A stretch of DNA of 64,000 nt from Eledone cirrhosa (taxonomy: Eukaryota): NCBI GenBank assembly GCA_964016885.1, contig OZ024743.1, forward strand, positions 7,440,001-7,504,000, in the 5' to 3' direction. Numbering within the stretch: position 1 is the stretch's first letter; the number at the start of each line of letters is the position of its first letter. The notes under the pieces are model-generated. The model had not been told where the DNA came from, ran no database searches, and was given only the letters and a program-made list of their open reading frames with translations. The translations under genes and the position numbers were made by a program. This document shows, one piece after another, positions 12,648-26,225 of the stretch.

Positions 12648-14216
12648 AGGTTCACAGGGGCTAAGCTGAACCGGGACAAGTCGATCGGTTTGCAACTCGG
12701 CACGTGGAGGGGCAGACCGATGCCCTCCGATGGCGTCGTCGGACGCTGGACGGAGGGCCCGGTGAAGTTGCTCGGGGTCTGGTTCGGACCGGACCTCCAG
12801 GTGGAGAAAAACTGGGCGGAGGTTACGAACAGGGTGTTTGCACTGACCCAGAAGTGGGCCAGTTGCAAACTATCTCTGAAAGGTCGGGCGGAGGTGGCGA
12901 ACACCTACATAGCGTCCGTCATCTACTACCGCCTGACCGTAGTGCCCTGCCCAAGGGAAACCCTCACCAAGATGGAGCGCGCGCTCTTCCAATTCCTTTG
13001 GAAGAGGCGGGCTCCTATGGTGAGGAGATCCATCTGCTGTCAACACCCTTCGAAAGGAGGGCTGGGGATGCCGTGGCTAATAATGCGTAAACACGCATTA
13101 AGGCTACGGCACCTCTACGTATTCCTCACCGGACAACCGGTGTGGGCCTCGTTTGTGAGACGAACCTTTCCCAGACTCGTCTCACTCACCGAGCTGCAAT
13201 CCTGGGTCAAGCAAAGACCGAGAAAACTGGGAGCCTGGCACACTGAGTGTGCCCAGGCGCTCACCGCCCTCTGGCAGGCGGATCCGGTTATCAGTGGAGA
13301 CTCCACCGCAACATTCTATAGAGGGCTGGTACGCAGCAGGTGCGACGACGCCCTCGGAGAAGCCCTAGACATGGAGGAGGACGAACTGGCCAGCCTGTTC
13401 GGTAGGACATTCAGCCCGGGACCTATGGACAACTTCCAGAAGTCCCTGGCCTGGCAGTGCTACCGAGGGGCTTTACCCGTTCGAGAAAGGCTCTACAGAC
13501 ACGGGCGCCCGGGTAGGGACCCCGCCAAAAAGATCTGTCCCAGATGCGTGTGCGACGAGGAAACCGTTGCACACGCATTGGTACACTGCTCGGGCGTAGC
13601 CGATCTGTGGGGCTATGTCGAACAACTGCTGTCAAGGGTGGGACCGATCCGGTTGACCACCGAGTCTATTGTAATGATCAAGCCGCCTCCCCCCTTCAAA
13701 GATGAAGCAGAGGCGGTGTTTCTGTGCGTAATAGCCATGGCGAAAGAGGTTGTATGGTGGACGCGTCTGAAAGGACTGAGGTCAGGCACCTTTCTCTCTG
13801 GCCAACAACTGGTCCGTTTCTTCCGATATCATTTCGGAAGAAGGATCAGGATGGAGAGAGAGGTGCTGCACCCCAGCCGTTTCTATGAAAGATGGGTGAA
13901 AGTGGCGAGAATGGCCCGTGTGAATGGGCCTTCACTCTACATCAGACTATAGGTGAGGAAGATGAAAGACCAAGGGAGCACCCCTTCTCTGTGCTCCTGA
14001 GGAGAAGGGTTGCACACTTTTTTCGGGGGTGTGTGCGACCCCCCAAGGCGCCTCCTCTCTATTGAGGATTTTGTTAAAAATTTTATTTTTTGTTATATCT
14101 TATTTTATTTTTATATTTTGTTATTGCCTCCTCCTTATTGAGGACGCCTTTTTGTGTAAACTCCCCCCTTTGTACTTGTCCCACTTTTGATGCCCTAGTG
14201 GCAAATAAAAGAAATA
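12647..14216 (+). mobile_element. 5'-truncated Tx1-like LINE (subfamily A): ORF2 C-terminal half plus 3' UTR
   Basis: Open frame to 13952 with KLLGVWF, LSLKGRA and GGLG motifs and the CCHC finger CPRC...ETVAHALVHC; AATAAA then (CTAT)n. Confidence 0.92.
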
Positions 14217-14252
<36 letters not shown>

Positions 14253-14254
<2 letters not shown>

Positions 14255-14293
14255 GTCCCCTTCTTTTGTGCCCCTGTGGCTAATAAAGAAATA

Positions 14294-14294
<1 letters not shown>
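14253..14294 (+). mobile_element. About 42-bp extreme 3' fragment of Tx1-like subfamily C
   Basis: Identical to the end of 12319-12450 (tgtccccttcttttgtgcccctgtggctaataaagaaatat); (CTAT)n on both sides. Confidence 0.8.
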
Positions 14295-14340
<46 letters not shown>

Positions 14341-16434
14341 ATAACCCTGCTAAACACAGAGTTAAAGATTTTGGCCAAGGTGTTAGCAAAGAGGTTGGCG
14401 CTTGTCGTGGGTGGCCTGGTGGGAGATGCGCAGACATGTGCTATCCCATCCAGGTCCATTCACGATAACCTCCACCTCATGCGATACATCATAGAGAGGG
14501 TTGGCAACAAACCCGGCTTCGGTGGAGCCCTGATCAACTTGGATCAGTCTAAGGCATTCGATAGGGTCGACCATGGTTACCTGGATGCGGTGCTAGCGGC
14601 GGCTGGGTTTGGTCCTGTTTTCAGAGGCGGGATCACTGCCTTACATAGCAACCACATCTGTTCTAGGATCAAGGTGAACGGCTACCTTTCGAAGCCGTTC
14701 GAAATCACACGATCCATTCGACAGGGGTGCCCTCTCTCCTCCCTTCTGTACGTATTGACTCTCGAGCCTTTACTGAGGAAATTGGAGTTGTTGCAGGGTA
14801 TCCCCCTGGAACCAGGATTGAGCAAAGCGGTGTCGGCCTACGCCGATGACGTAACAGTAATGGTATCGACCGACTCGGAAATCGAGGCGATCGGTACCTT
14901 ACTGGAGGATTACGAAAGGTTGTCAGGAGCGAAACTGAACCGGAAAAAATCCATCGGGCTGCAACTCGGAACGTGGAGAGGCAGACCGATGCCTCCCGAC
15001 GGTGTCGTCGGACACTGGACGGAGGGCCCAGTGAAGTTGCTTGGGGTCTGGTTTGGACCGGACCTCCAAGTGGAAAAGAACTGGGACGAGGTTACGAACA
15101 AGGTGTTTGCACTAACCCAGAAATGGGCCAAGTGTAAGCTGTCCCTAAAAGGTCGGGCGGAGGTGGCGAACATTTACATAGCGTCCGTCACCTACTACCG
15201 CCTGACTGTCGTGCCTTGCCCTAAGGAAACACTCACCACCATGGAACGCATGCTCTTCCAATTTCTTTGGAAGAAGCGCCCTCCTATGGTGAGAAGATCC
15301 ATCTGCTGCCAACAACCTTCGAAAGAAGGGCTGGGGATGCCGTGGTTGATGATGCGTAGGCACGCATTAAGGCTACGGCACCTACAGGTATTCCTCACTG
15401 GTCAACCGGTGTGGGCTCCGTTCGTGAAACGAGCCTTTCCGAGACTCGTCTCGCTCACCGAGCTGCAATCCTGGGTCAAGCAAAGATCCGGAAAACTGGG
15501 AGACTGGCACACTGAGTGTGCCCAGGCGCTCAGGGCTCTCTGGCAAGCGGGCCCGGCCATCGGTGGAGAATCCACCTCATCATTCTATAGAGGGCTGGTG
15601 GCTAGCAGGGGCAATGACACCCTTGGAGAGTCGCTGGACATGGAAGAGGACGAACTGGCCAGCCTGTTCGGTAGGACTTTCGGCCCGGGACCAATGGACA
15701 ACTTCCAGAAGTCACTAGCCTGGCAGTGCTACCGGGGGGCTCTACCCGTTCGAGAGACTTCTACAGACACGGGCGCCCGGGCAGGGATCCCTCGAAAAAG
15801 ATTTGCCCTAGATGCGTGTGTCACGAAGAAACCGTTGCGCACGCATTGGTGCAATGTCCGGGCGTGGCTGATCTGTGGGGCTACGCCGAACGACTGCTGT
15901 CGCGGGTGGCGCCGATTCGATTGACCGCCGAGTCCGTGATGACAATCAAGCCGCCTCCCCTCTTCACAAAGGAAGCAAAGGCGGTTTTTCTGTGCGTAAT
16001 AGCCATGTTGAAAGAGGTTATTTGGTGGACACGATTGAAAGGTCTGAGGTCAGGCAACTTCCTCTCTGGCCATAGTCTGGTCTACTTCTTCCGATATCAC
16101 TTCGGAAGAAGGATAAGAATAGAGAGAGAGGTGCTTGGCCACAGGCAGTTTTATGAAAGGTGGGTGATAGTGGCGAGAATGGCTCGTGTAAATGGGCCTT
16201 CTCTGTATACCATCCTGTGGGTAAAGAAGTGAAGGAGAGGGGAGCACCTTCTCCATGTGCTCCCCGGGCAAAGGATTGCACACTTTTTCGGGGGTGTGTG
16301 CAACCCCCATCACGTCCACTCCCTTTTGAGGTTGTTTTCGATTATTTTCATTTTATACTCTTTTTACTCGATTTTATGTAAACTCCCTCTTTGTATTTGT
16401 CCCTTCTTTTTATGCCTTTATGGTAAATAAAGAA

Positions 16435-16435
<1 letters not shown>
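14341..16435 (+). mobile_element. 5'-truncated Tx1-like LINE (subfamily B) with RT domain; frameshift near 15755
   Basis: LDQSKAFDRVDH, RQGCPLS and YADD motifs; C-terminal zinc finger continues in ORF 15726-16232; 3' UTR differs from subfamily A. Confidence 0.93.
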
Positions 16436-16523
<88 letters not shown>

Positions 16524-16541
16524 CCTATCTATCTATCTATC
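16436..16541. repeat. (CTAT)n spacer between Tx1 copies
   Basis: Near-pure CTAT run. Confidence 0.97.
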
Positions 16542-16763
16542 TCTCTGGGATGGACACACGCGTATAACTTGCTGAGTAAGTTCTGTTTAAATTTCTATAG
16601 AAATTCTTGTCTGTAAACTCTAATTTTTGTACCATTTTGTAGAGGGACTGCCAGGTCAAACTTTGATCTGGTCAGTCTCTCAAAATATTCTATGCCTTTA
16701 GGCGAAATAGTTAAACAAAAAAAAGTTTTTTTTTTCTTGTTGAAAAGTTAACATTTTTTTTAA

Positions 16764-18065
16764 ATGGCTGAAGCTTCTTCACCAAATTTCGAAGGAGGAA
16801 AGGGGAAGATAAACTTACAGCTTCCCCCTGCCACTGTCACAGTAGCAGAGGTCAAAAGCAAAGGTCAGCCAGAGGAAGGATTTTCTCCATCTGCTGACCG
16901 ACAACTTGACGTTGCCATGGCAACAAACCAAAAGACCAGCGGCACCAGCAACAACAACAACAACAATGCGACGGACGAAAACAACACCAATAACAATAAC
17001 AACAACAACAAGACCAATAACTGTGATAACAACAACAATGATAGCAACAACACCACCAACTACAACAGCAACACAAGCAGGGAAAAGGTCTCCTTCGCCC
17101 GGACGGCAAGGAAAACCCTCGACTATCTGCCAGTAGATATAACCAAAGCGAAGGAGCTACTGGCAGATGCCAAAAAATATATAGTGTACGGGAGTCTATC
17201 CATTCTCATGAAGGACAGGGACACAGCAGTGAAACTGTCCATCAAACCAATCACATCCACCGCATACACCTTCTACCCTACGTACATGGGTAGAAGAACA
17301 CAAAAAATAAAAATCCACACCATCCTGCCGATTATGGACATATGGTGGGTTTTGACAGGTTTCCTGAACCTGGATGATGACACGCTGGTGTCCATGGGAA
17401 AGGCATCGGGTGACGCGTTCAGTGGAACGAGCCTCGAACTTGTAGTTCAAATGAGGCCCGAATGGATCGCCCAGATCCCTGAACGCGTCATACTGGATGA
17501 TCAAACTTTCATCAACATTACCGTTGAGAGTAGGCGGCCCACGTGTTACCTCTGCGGAACCAGAGGTCACCTGAGGGCTGTCTGTCCCTAACTTAATAAG
17601 AAAACCCCAATCCTGCCTACATCACCAACAACTGCACAACCAACACAATCACCACAACTACCACTACAAAAACAACAATCACAGCTCAAACCAAAACAAA
17701 ACAATGTCCAACCCATCCTCCCCACTAAAAAAAAAACAATTTCCAAAACACCCGCACCGCAAACACAACCCGAAAATATACCCCTCCCCTCCAACGCGGA
17801 AGATGACCCTAGTTCGTCGTCAGACGAGGAGGAGCACTTCCACACAATCAAAAGAAAAAAAATGAAAACACACCTCAGACACACAAATGAAAACAACCCC
17901 TCCCCAAAACATAACACTGACACCAACACAAAAGAGCTCACAACAACAGCAAACAAAAAACACCACACAAAAACAAAAACATGCATACACATACATAAAC
18001 ACAAGAAACAAAAAACTGTTAAACATTGTGTACAACAACAATACAATAAAAACCCAAGGGCCTAA
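16764..18065 (+). pseudogene. Tx1-like ORF1 (gag-like, zinc knuckle), in-frame stop at 17589-17591
   Basis: CYLCGTRGHLRAVC knuckle and poly-Asn tract; the same frame continues as a Pro/Thr/Lys-rich tail to 18065. Confidence 0.75.
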
Positions 18066-18218
18066 CTTCACCCAGGCAGGGGATTTCCCCCACCTCAAAA
18101 TGATTAAGGCCCCACAGGACACTTATAAAACTTTAAAAAACAATTTTAAAGAGGACGTGGGTCCCCCCTGCGTCGGGCCCATTAACCGCGTCCTTCTCAA
18201 AAACTACCCCACCCCCTA

Positions 18219-20989
18219 AGTTGTCCAAAAATGAGCATGGTTGGCTATTCAGACCACAAGTTAGTGAGCTGCATGGTCAACCTTGACAGAACTCATAGAC
18301 AGGGACCCGGTTACTGGAAGCTCAACTTGTCCTTACCGGCAAGTAAGGCTTACAGGGACCGGATTAGCACTTTAGTTAAGGAGCGGTTGACGGGCGCCAT
18401 CGTCAACAGCAGGTGGTGGGGATCTCTCAAAAGAGAGATTAGAGTAGTCTCTATAGAATTTAGTAAGGAGTTAGCCTCAAATAGAAATAGGAAGGAAAGG
18501 GAGTTGGTAGATAGTGTAAAAGAGGCAATTAGAAGCGGCGACGTGGCCAGAGTGCTAGCGTCGAGAACGGCCCTGGGCCAGTTCTTCGACGCGAAACACG
18601 AAGGCTGCATCGTCCGAAGCAAAATACGTGCTCTGGGAAACGAGGGGACCAAAGCTGTTAGCTGGGCCCGCGTGACAGAAGCCAAAAGAGGGAGTAGATC
18701 CACTATGCGGTCTTTGCGAGACCAGGACGAACGGGTGATCCTTGAACCTAAGCAGATGTGCGAGGCTTCTCAAAAGCACTTTGCCGGATTGTTCGGAAGG
18801 GGCGGGGAGCCGGTTGGGGATGTGGACTTCGGTCCATACCTCGACGGCCTGCCGCGTCTCGCGGACAGGGAGGCGAAGTCCTGCGAGGAGCCGATTTCAG
18901 CCGCTGAGATAGAGGACGTGCTAAGCCAATGCGGCAAACGCAAATCCCCGGGTCTCGATGGTCTTCCATACGAACTATATCTAGCTATGCCGGACTTGTT
19001 CCCCGAACTCCTCGAGGCGGTCTACTGCAACTGGCAACAGAACGGGAGAATTCCTCACGCTAGTGAGGAAGGACGAGAACAAGGGGGACGATATAAATAA
19101 CTTCAGGCCCATAACTCTGCTAAATACAGAGTTACAGATTTTGGCCAAGGTTCTAGCAAAGAGGTTGGCGCTTGTCGTGGGTAACCTGGTGGGAGATGCG
19201 CAGACATGTGCTATCCCGTCCAGGTCCATCCATGACAACCTCCACCTCATGCGATACATCATAGAGAGGGTTGGGAACGAACCCGGCTTTGGTGGGGCCC
19301 TGATCAACTTGGATCAATCTAAGGCATTCGATAGGGTCGACCATGGTTACCTGGATGCGGTGCTAGCGGCGGCAGGCTTCGGACCCGTTTTCAGGGGCTG
19401 GATCAATGCCATGCACAGCAGCCGCATCTGCTCTAGGGTCAAGGTGAACGGCTACCTCTCGGAGCCGTTCGAAATCGCGCGGTCCATCCGACAAGGGTGC
19501 CCTCTCTCCTCCCTTCTGTATGTAATGACTCTAGAGCCACTGATGCGGAAGTTGGAGTTGTTGCAGGGCATCCCGTTGGAACCGGGATTGCGGAAAGCGG
19601 TGTCGGCCTACGCCGACGACGTAACAGTAATGGTGTCGACGGCCTCGGAAATCGGGGCGATCGGCACCTTACTGGAGGAGTACGAAAGGTTTACAGGAGC
19701 TAAGCTGAACCGGGACAAGTCGATCGGTCTGCAACTCGGCACGTGGAGGGGCAGATCGATGCCCTCCGATGGCGTCGTCGGGCGCTGGACGGAGGGCCCG
19801 GTGAAATTGCTCGGGGTCTGGTTCGGACCAGACCTCCAGGTGGAGAAGAACTGGTGTGAGGTAATGAACAGTGTTTGCACTGACCCAGAAGTGGGCCGAG
19901 TGCAAACTGTCCCTGAAAGGTCGGGCGGAGGTGGCGAACACTTATATAGCGTCCGTCATCTACTACCGCCTGACCGTTGTGCCTTGCCCAAGGGAAACGC
20001 TCGCCAAAATGGAGCGCGCACTCTTCCAATTCTTTTGGAAGAAGCGGGCTCCTATGGTGAGGAGATACATCTGCTGTCAACACCCTCCGAAAGGAGGGCT
20101 GGGGATGCCGTGGCTAATGATACGTAAACACGCATTAAGGCTACGGCACCTCCAGGTATTCCTCACCGGTCAACCGTTGTGGGCCCCGTTTGTGAGGCGA
20201 GCCTTTCCCAGACTCGTCTCACTCACCGAGCTGCAATCCTGGGTCAAGCAAAGACCGAGAAAACTGGGCGCCTGGCACACCGAGTGTGCCCAGGCGCTCA
20301 CGGCTCTCTGGCAGGCGGACCCGGCTGTCAGTGGAGAATCCACCTCGTCATTCTATAGAGGGCTGGTGGTTAGCAAGTGCGACGACGCCCTCGGAGAAGC
20401 CCTAGGCATGGAGGAAGACGAACTGGCAAACCTGTTCGGTAGGACATTCAGCCCGGGACCCATGGATAACTTCCAGAGGTCCCTGGCCTGGCAGTGCTAC
20501 CGGGAGGCTCTGCCCGTTCGAGAAAGACTCTACAGACACGGGCGCCCGGGTAGGGACCCCTCGAAAAAGATCTGTCCCAGATGCGTGTGCGACAAGGAAA
20601 CCGTGTCCCACCGGCTTGGGACACTGCTCGGGCATTGCCATCTGTGGGGCTATGTCGAACAACTGCTGTCAAGGGTGGGACCGATCCGGTTGACCCCCAA
20701 GTCTATTGTAACGATCAAGCCGCCTCCCCTCTTCAAAAACGAAGGAGAGGCAGTGTTTCTGTGCGTAATAGCCATGGCGAAAGAGGTTGTATGGTGGACG
20801 CGTCTGAAAGGACTGAGGTCAGACACCTTTCTCTCTGGCCAACAACTGGTCCGTTTCTTCCGATATCATTTCGGAAGAAGGATCAGGATGGAGAGAGAGG
20901 TGCTGCACCCCAGCCGTTTTTATGAAAGATGGGTGAAAGTGGCGAGAATGGCCCGTGTGAATGGGCCTTCACTCTACATCAGACTATAG
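18219..20989 (+). pseudogene. Tx1-like ORF2 (end of APE, RT, zinc finger) with two frameshifts
   Basis: Starts near SDHKLV (last APE motif); frameshifts near 19055 and 19871. Confidence 0.88.
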
Positions 20990-21389
20990 GTGAGGAAGAT
21001 GAAAGACCAAGGGAGAACCCCCTCTGTGTGCTCCTGAGGAGAAGGGTTGCACACTTTTTTTCGGGGGTGTGTGCGACCCCCCAAGGCGCCTCCTCCCTAT
21101 TGAGGATTTTGTTATAAAATTTCTTTTGTTATATTTTATTTTATTTTTATACTTTTATATCTTGTTATTGCCTCCTCCATATTGAGGACGCCTTTGCATG
21201 TAAACTCCCCCCATTGTACTTCTCCCACTTTTGATGCCCTGGTGGCAAATAAAAAGAAAGTTTTCTAACTGACTGTCTATTTATCTATTTGCAATTTACA
21301 GGATTATACAGTCTTCGTCTGCCAAATTTGCCTCACAAGGCGTTGGTCAAGCCGAGACTATAGTAGAAGACACTTAAAGTGCATTATAA

Positions 21390-21578
21390 TGGTTTCTGAT
21401 TTTGAGGGAAGGGAAAGTCGATTAAATCGATTCCAGTGCGTTACTGGTACATTATTTTTTCGACCCCATAAGGATGAAAGCAAAGTTAACCTCAGCGGGA
21501 TATGAAGTCAGAAGGTAAAGAACCGCAACACTATGCCACAAAGCATGTTGTCCGATGCTCTACCGATACTGCCAATCT
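21390..21578 (-). mobile_element. SINE family 1 copy
   Basis: Family core and head sequence. Confidence 0.75.
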
Positions 21579-21974
21579 CATGAACACGTTATTCAAAATA
21601 TAAAAAAGATAAACATATACAATATGTACCTAGTCGAAGATTATTTAAATGATAAAATCCCCTCTTCAATCACTTAATTTCTGCTCTAATAACAAAAAAC
21701 AAAACAAACATTTTTAGCCTCCTAGATACTTCCCTAAAGACCACATATATAACAGTCTGTTCAATGAATACACAATCAACATTTTCTGCTACATTTCACA
21801 CAATTTTGTTTCCCAAAACGTAACCAAATAAAGCAATAGTTAGCAAAATAATCGTTATATAAGCTCCATGAAATGAACTGGGTGTTCTTTCGCTTGGAAA
21901 CTTATATATATATATTTATGGATAGTAGAGTGTGACTATATTAAAAAGAGTCGGGGCCCGACGGCTGAGCTCTT

Positions 21975-22600
21975 GCCGTTTCAACAGTTAATTTCATATA
22001 TGTATTGTCTTGTTGAAATCGTGAAGTGCCGTCAGTATGGAATACAGAACATCGTGAGCGCGTGCAAAATGCTGGCTTCAAAGAATTATAAAAGAAAACC
22101 TGAGAAGGTCTGTATGTGCCTTCATGGATCACTGTGCAAAAAATATGGATATCAAGTGTTCCGATATGTGGTACAAGCATGATGACATCAAATTCAAAAT
22201 ACTTTGTGATTTCATTATCCAAACGGACCGCAGAACACATCAGACCTGATATTGTATTTATGCTAAAAAGCAAACAGGCGTGGATGCCAAATTATTGATG
22301 TTTCCATTCCAGGATACCACATCATAGTCTTAAGGGAAATTGAAAAAATAACAAAATATACAGACTTGAAGATCGAAATTGCACGAATGTGGTCAGTATC
22401 ACTTCACAACTTAAAATAATTCTAGTTGTGATCGGAGTTTTGGACTCGATATCACTAAAACTGAGAGGATATCTTGAGTAACTAGACGTTGAATCACAAA
22501 TTGCTCTCCTACAAAGACTATTCTGTTGGGAACTGTACATATACCCAGAAAAGTACCGCCAGTCTAAGGTCTTTGTTGAGACTCGGTCTGAGGTAGAAGA
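21975..22600 (+). mobile_element. Degraded RLE-type non-LTR retrotransposon remnant (R4/Dong-like)
   Basis: Frameshifted motifs HIVSACKMLA, RPDIV, IIDVSIP and EIEKITKYTDLKIEIARMW. Confidence 0.7.
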
Positions 22601-22723
22601 CCCAGAATTTAACATGTTCACTGCACAAGCCATCGATCATGGATTACGTTACTGATTACATAAGACAGTGTAACGCAGTCTTCGTTCAATTTCTGTGTAT
22701 ATTGTCAATTACGATTTTATTTG

Positions 22724-24340
22724 ATGTATCATATCTACATTCATATATACTTGTGTATAATATCAATATGCACATTACACATGTATCATATCTACCTGCG
22801 TATAATATCAATATACACATTACACATGTATCATATCTACCTGCGTATAATATCAATATGCACATTACACATGTATCATATCTACCTGCGTATAATATCA
22901 ATATGCACATTACACATGTATCATATCTACCTGCGTATAATATCAATATACACATTACACATGTATCATATCTACCTACGTATAATATCAATATACACAT
23001 TACACATGTATCATATCTACCTGCGTATAATATCAATATGCACATTACACATGTATCATATCTACCTGCGTATAATATCAATATGCACATTACACATGTA
23101 TCATATCTACCTGCGTATAATATCAATATACACATGTATCATATCTACCTGCGTATAATATCAATATACACATTACACATGTATCATATCTACCTGCGTA
23201 TAATATCAATATACACATTACACATGTATCATATCTACCTGCGTATAATATCAATATACACATGTATCATATCTACCTGCGTATAATATCAATATACACA
23301 TTACACATGTATCATATCTACCTGCGTATAATATCAATATACACATTACACATGTATCATATCTACCTGCGTATAATATCAATATGCACATTACACATGT
23401 ATCATATCTACCTGCGTATAATATCAATATACACATTACACATGTATCATATCTACCTGCGTATAATATCAATATGCACATTACACATGTATCATATCTA
23501 CCTGCGTATAATATCAATATGCACATTACACATGTATCATATCTACCTGCGTATAATATCAATATACACATTACACATGTATCATATCTACCTGCGTATA
23601 ATATCAATATGCACATTACACATGTATCATATCTACCTGCGTATAATATCAATATGCACATTACACATGTATCATATCTACCTGCGTATAATATCAATAT
23701 ACACATGTATCATATCTACCTGCGTATAATATCAATATACACATTACACATGTATCATATCTACCTGCATATAATATCAATATACACATTACACATGTAT
23801 CATATCTACCTGCGTATAATATCAATATACACATTACACATGTATCATATCTACCTGCGTATAATATCAATATACACATTACACATGTATCATATCTACC
23901 TGCGTATAATATCAATATACACATGTATCATATCTACCTGCGTATAATATCAATATACACATTACACATGTATCATATCTACCTGCGTATAATATCAATA
24001 TACACATTACACATGTATCATATCTACCTGCGTATAATATCAATATACACATTACACATGTATCATATCTACCTGCGTATAATATCAATATGCACATTAC
24101 ACATGTATCATATCTACCTGCGTATAATATCAATATACACATGTATCATATCTACCTGCGTATAATATCAATATACACATGTATCATATCTACCTGCGTA
24201 TAATATCAATATACACATGTATCATATCTACCTGCGTATAATATCAATATACACATGTATCATATCTACCTGCGTATAATATCAATATACACATGTATCA
24301 TATCTACCTGCGTATAATATCAATATACACATTACACATG
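22724..24340. repeat. 45-bp minisatellite with 38-bp deletion variants
   Basis: Unit CATGTATCATATCTACCTGCGTATAATATCAATAT(A/G)CACATTACA; some units lack 7 bp. Confidence 0.97.
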
Positions 24341-24341
24341 A

Positions 24342-24380
24342 TAGCAGAAAAACCACCCTTCAGGTGGTTTTTCTGCTAGT
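24342..24380 (+). other. Perfect 16-bp hairpin ending CTAG|T, Helitron-like 3' terminus
   Basis: TAGCAGAAAAACCACC cttca GGTGGTTTTTCTGCTA GT. Confidence 0.55.
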
Positions 24381-24389
24381 AATAATAAT

Positions 24390-24780
24390 GATTGTTTCTA
24401 CTTTTGACACAAGGCCAGCAATTACCCAGTGCATTACTGGTACTTTATTTTATCGACCCCGTAGGGATGAAAGACAAAGTTAACCTCGGCGGGATTTGAA
24501 CTCAGATCATAAAGGGCCGTAACTCTATGCTGAAAACATGGCGTCCGACCCTCTACCGATATGGTTTCTGATTTAGGCACAAAGCCAACAATTTTTTTGA
24601 GAGTGGAAAGTCGATTAAATCGACCCCAGTGCATTACTGGTGCTTTATTTTCTCGACCCCGGAAGAATGAAAGGCAAAGTTGACCTCGGTGGGACTTGAA
24701 CTCAGAATACAATGAACCCGGAAGAAATACCACAAAGCAGTTTTCCAATCTTCTAACAATTCTGCCTATCGACCACCCAC
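24390..24780 (-). mobile_element. Two tandem SINE family 1-type copies
   Basis: Core repeated at about 24435-24505 and 24630-24710. Confidence 0.8.
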
Positions 24781-26225
24781 CACTCCTCAATTTCATAATA
24801 ATAGCAATAACAACTAAATGATGAGGAGATCCTGAAAGCACGATATGTGAAGGTATATAAATGTTATTCCTGAATATAAAGTAGTCTTTAACAAAATATT
24901 CGGCCTGCATATGAAGTCACCAAATAAATTACTGTTTTAAAGAGGCAGGAATGTGCTGCATTGTCACAAATGTAAATGGGTAATTATTATCTAAGTGTAC
25001 AGATACAAGGGAACAATGAAAAAGAACCTTGTGAAATTCCACTTACCATATCAACACCATCATGTATAATAAAGATTACAGAAGAATATGATCTTCCAAG
25101 AGATATGACTGACATATACATTTAAAAACTAAGTGAAGCTATTAAACAATCATGAAAATTACAAAGCACTAGGATGAAGTTGCCTAAAAGTTGCTGACAA
25201 CTAGTGTAACCCATACACCCGTAGAACCTGTTATGTTATTAAATAAAGATTTCTTGCTTATATTAATAGCATGCGATCACAATAAAAGGTCATCAGAGAT
25301 GATAAAGTTTAGCATGCGCAGAAATGTTATATTGTAGCGGTGTTATTTAGAAGTGTAAAGAGATTATGCAGCGGGCCTTTTTTTAGTATTTGATATTGAC
25401 TATATTATCGAGATGGTATTGCAGAATATATTCGAGGTTTATGTCCATGACATGTTAAGCTTTCGAAATATAGTGTGTATAATTTGAAACACGTGTGTTG
25501 AAAGTGAAATATATGCAGGTTGTGTGAGTTGTATGTGATAATAAGTAGTCAATGGAAAGGGAAAAACACCCTGCGAAAGGGTTATAAAAATTTGCATGAT
25601 AAAATGAAAAATAAGGTTAAAAGCCCAAGAGGGGAAAGTATACCAGAAGCCTCTCATGCCAGATATAGTAGTAGATTTTGATAATGTTAAGGGTAAGAAA
25701 CCATTTGTGTATGGCGAATGATAGATCACGAATAGCATTGGCTCCATGAAAAACAGATTGGTAGTCAATGAGAAAAGAAAGAAGAGAAGTTAGACACCGT
25801 TTCTGACCTCAGTTACCTTTGTGGCGTCGGTAAAGATATAGAAGTTACTTTCTGGGTAATAAACTTTCATTGATGCTTCATTAGCTTATCTCATAAACAT
25901 ATAGACAACATACACTAATCACAATAAAAGATAAAGAAGCCCACTGATGACGATAACTATAACGGCAAAAACCCCATCAAACTGCGGTGGTATTATCAGC
26001 GTCATTCACATTGGCTATGCCTACTTTAAAGTGGCAGCAATACCCGTCAACATAACTTCCAGCGGAAGATAAGACTGTGAATATTTAGAAATACTAATGA
26101 TTGATTTGGGAACTCATACAAAAAATGTTTAAAAAATGGATAAAAAACAAGAACCTAGAACTCTCGAGTTTTAAATACACACACACCAAAGATCCTCACA
26201 CACATTATATTATATTATAGATAGA

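Larger units (their letters stand above)
16543..21260 (+). mobile_element. Near full-length Tx1-like LINE (A-related) with 5' UTR, ORF1 and disrupted ORF2
   Basis: ORF1 with CCHC knuckle; ORF2 pieces 18231-19100, 19063-19870 and 19871-20989 with GPGYWKLN, KSPGLDGLP, FRPITLLN, YADD; AATAAA end. Confidence 0.92.

Noticed and set aside
22639-24165. Repetitive ORFs (HITHVSYLPAYNINM)n
   Set aside because: Open frames arise from a 45-bp stop-poor minisatellite on both strands; no coding evidence
24342-24378. Rho-independent terminator
   Set aside because: Eukaryotic repeat context with no upstream gene; better explained as a transposon end
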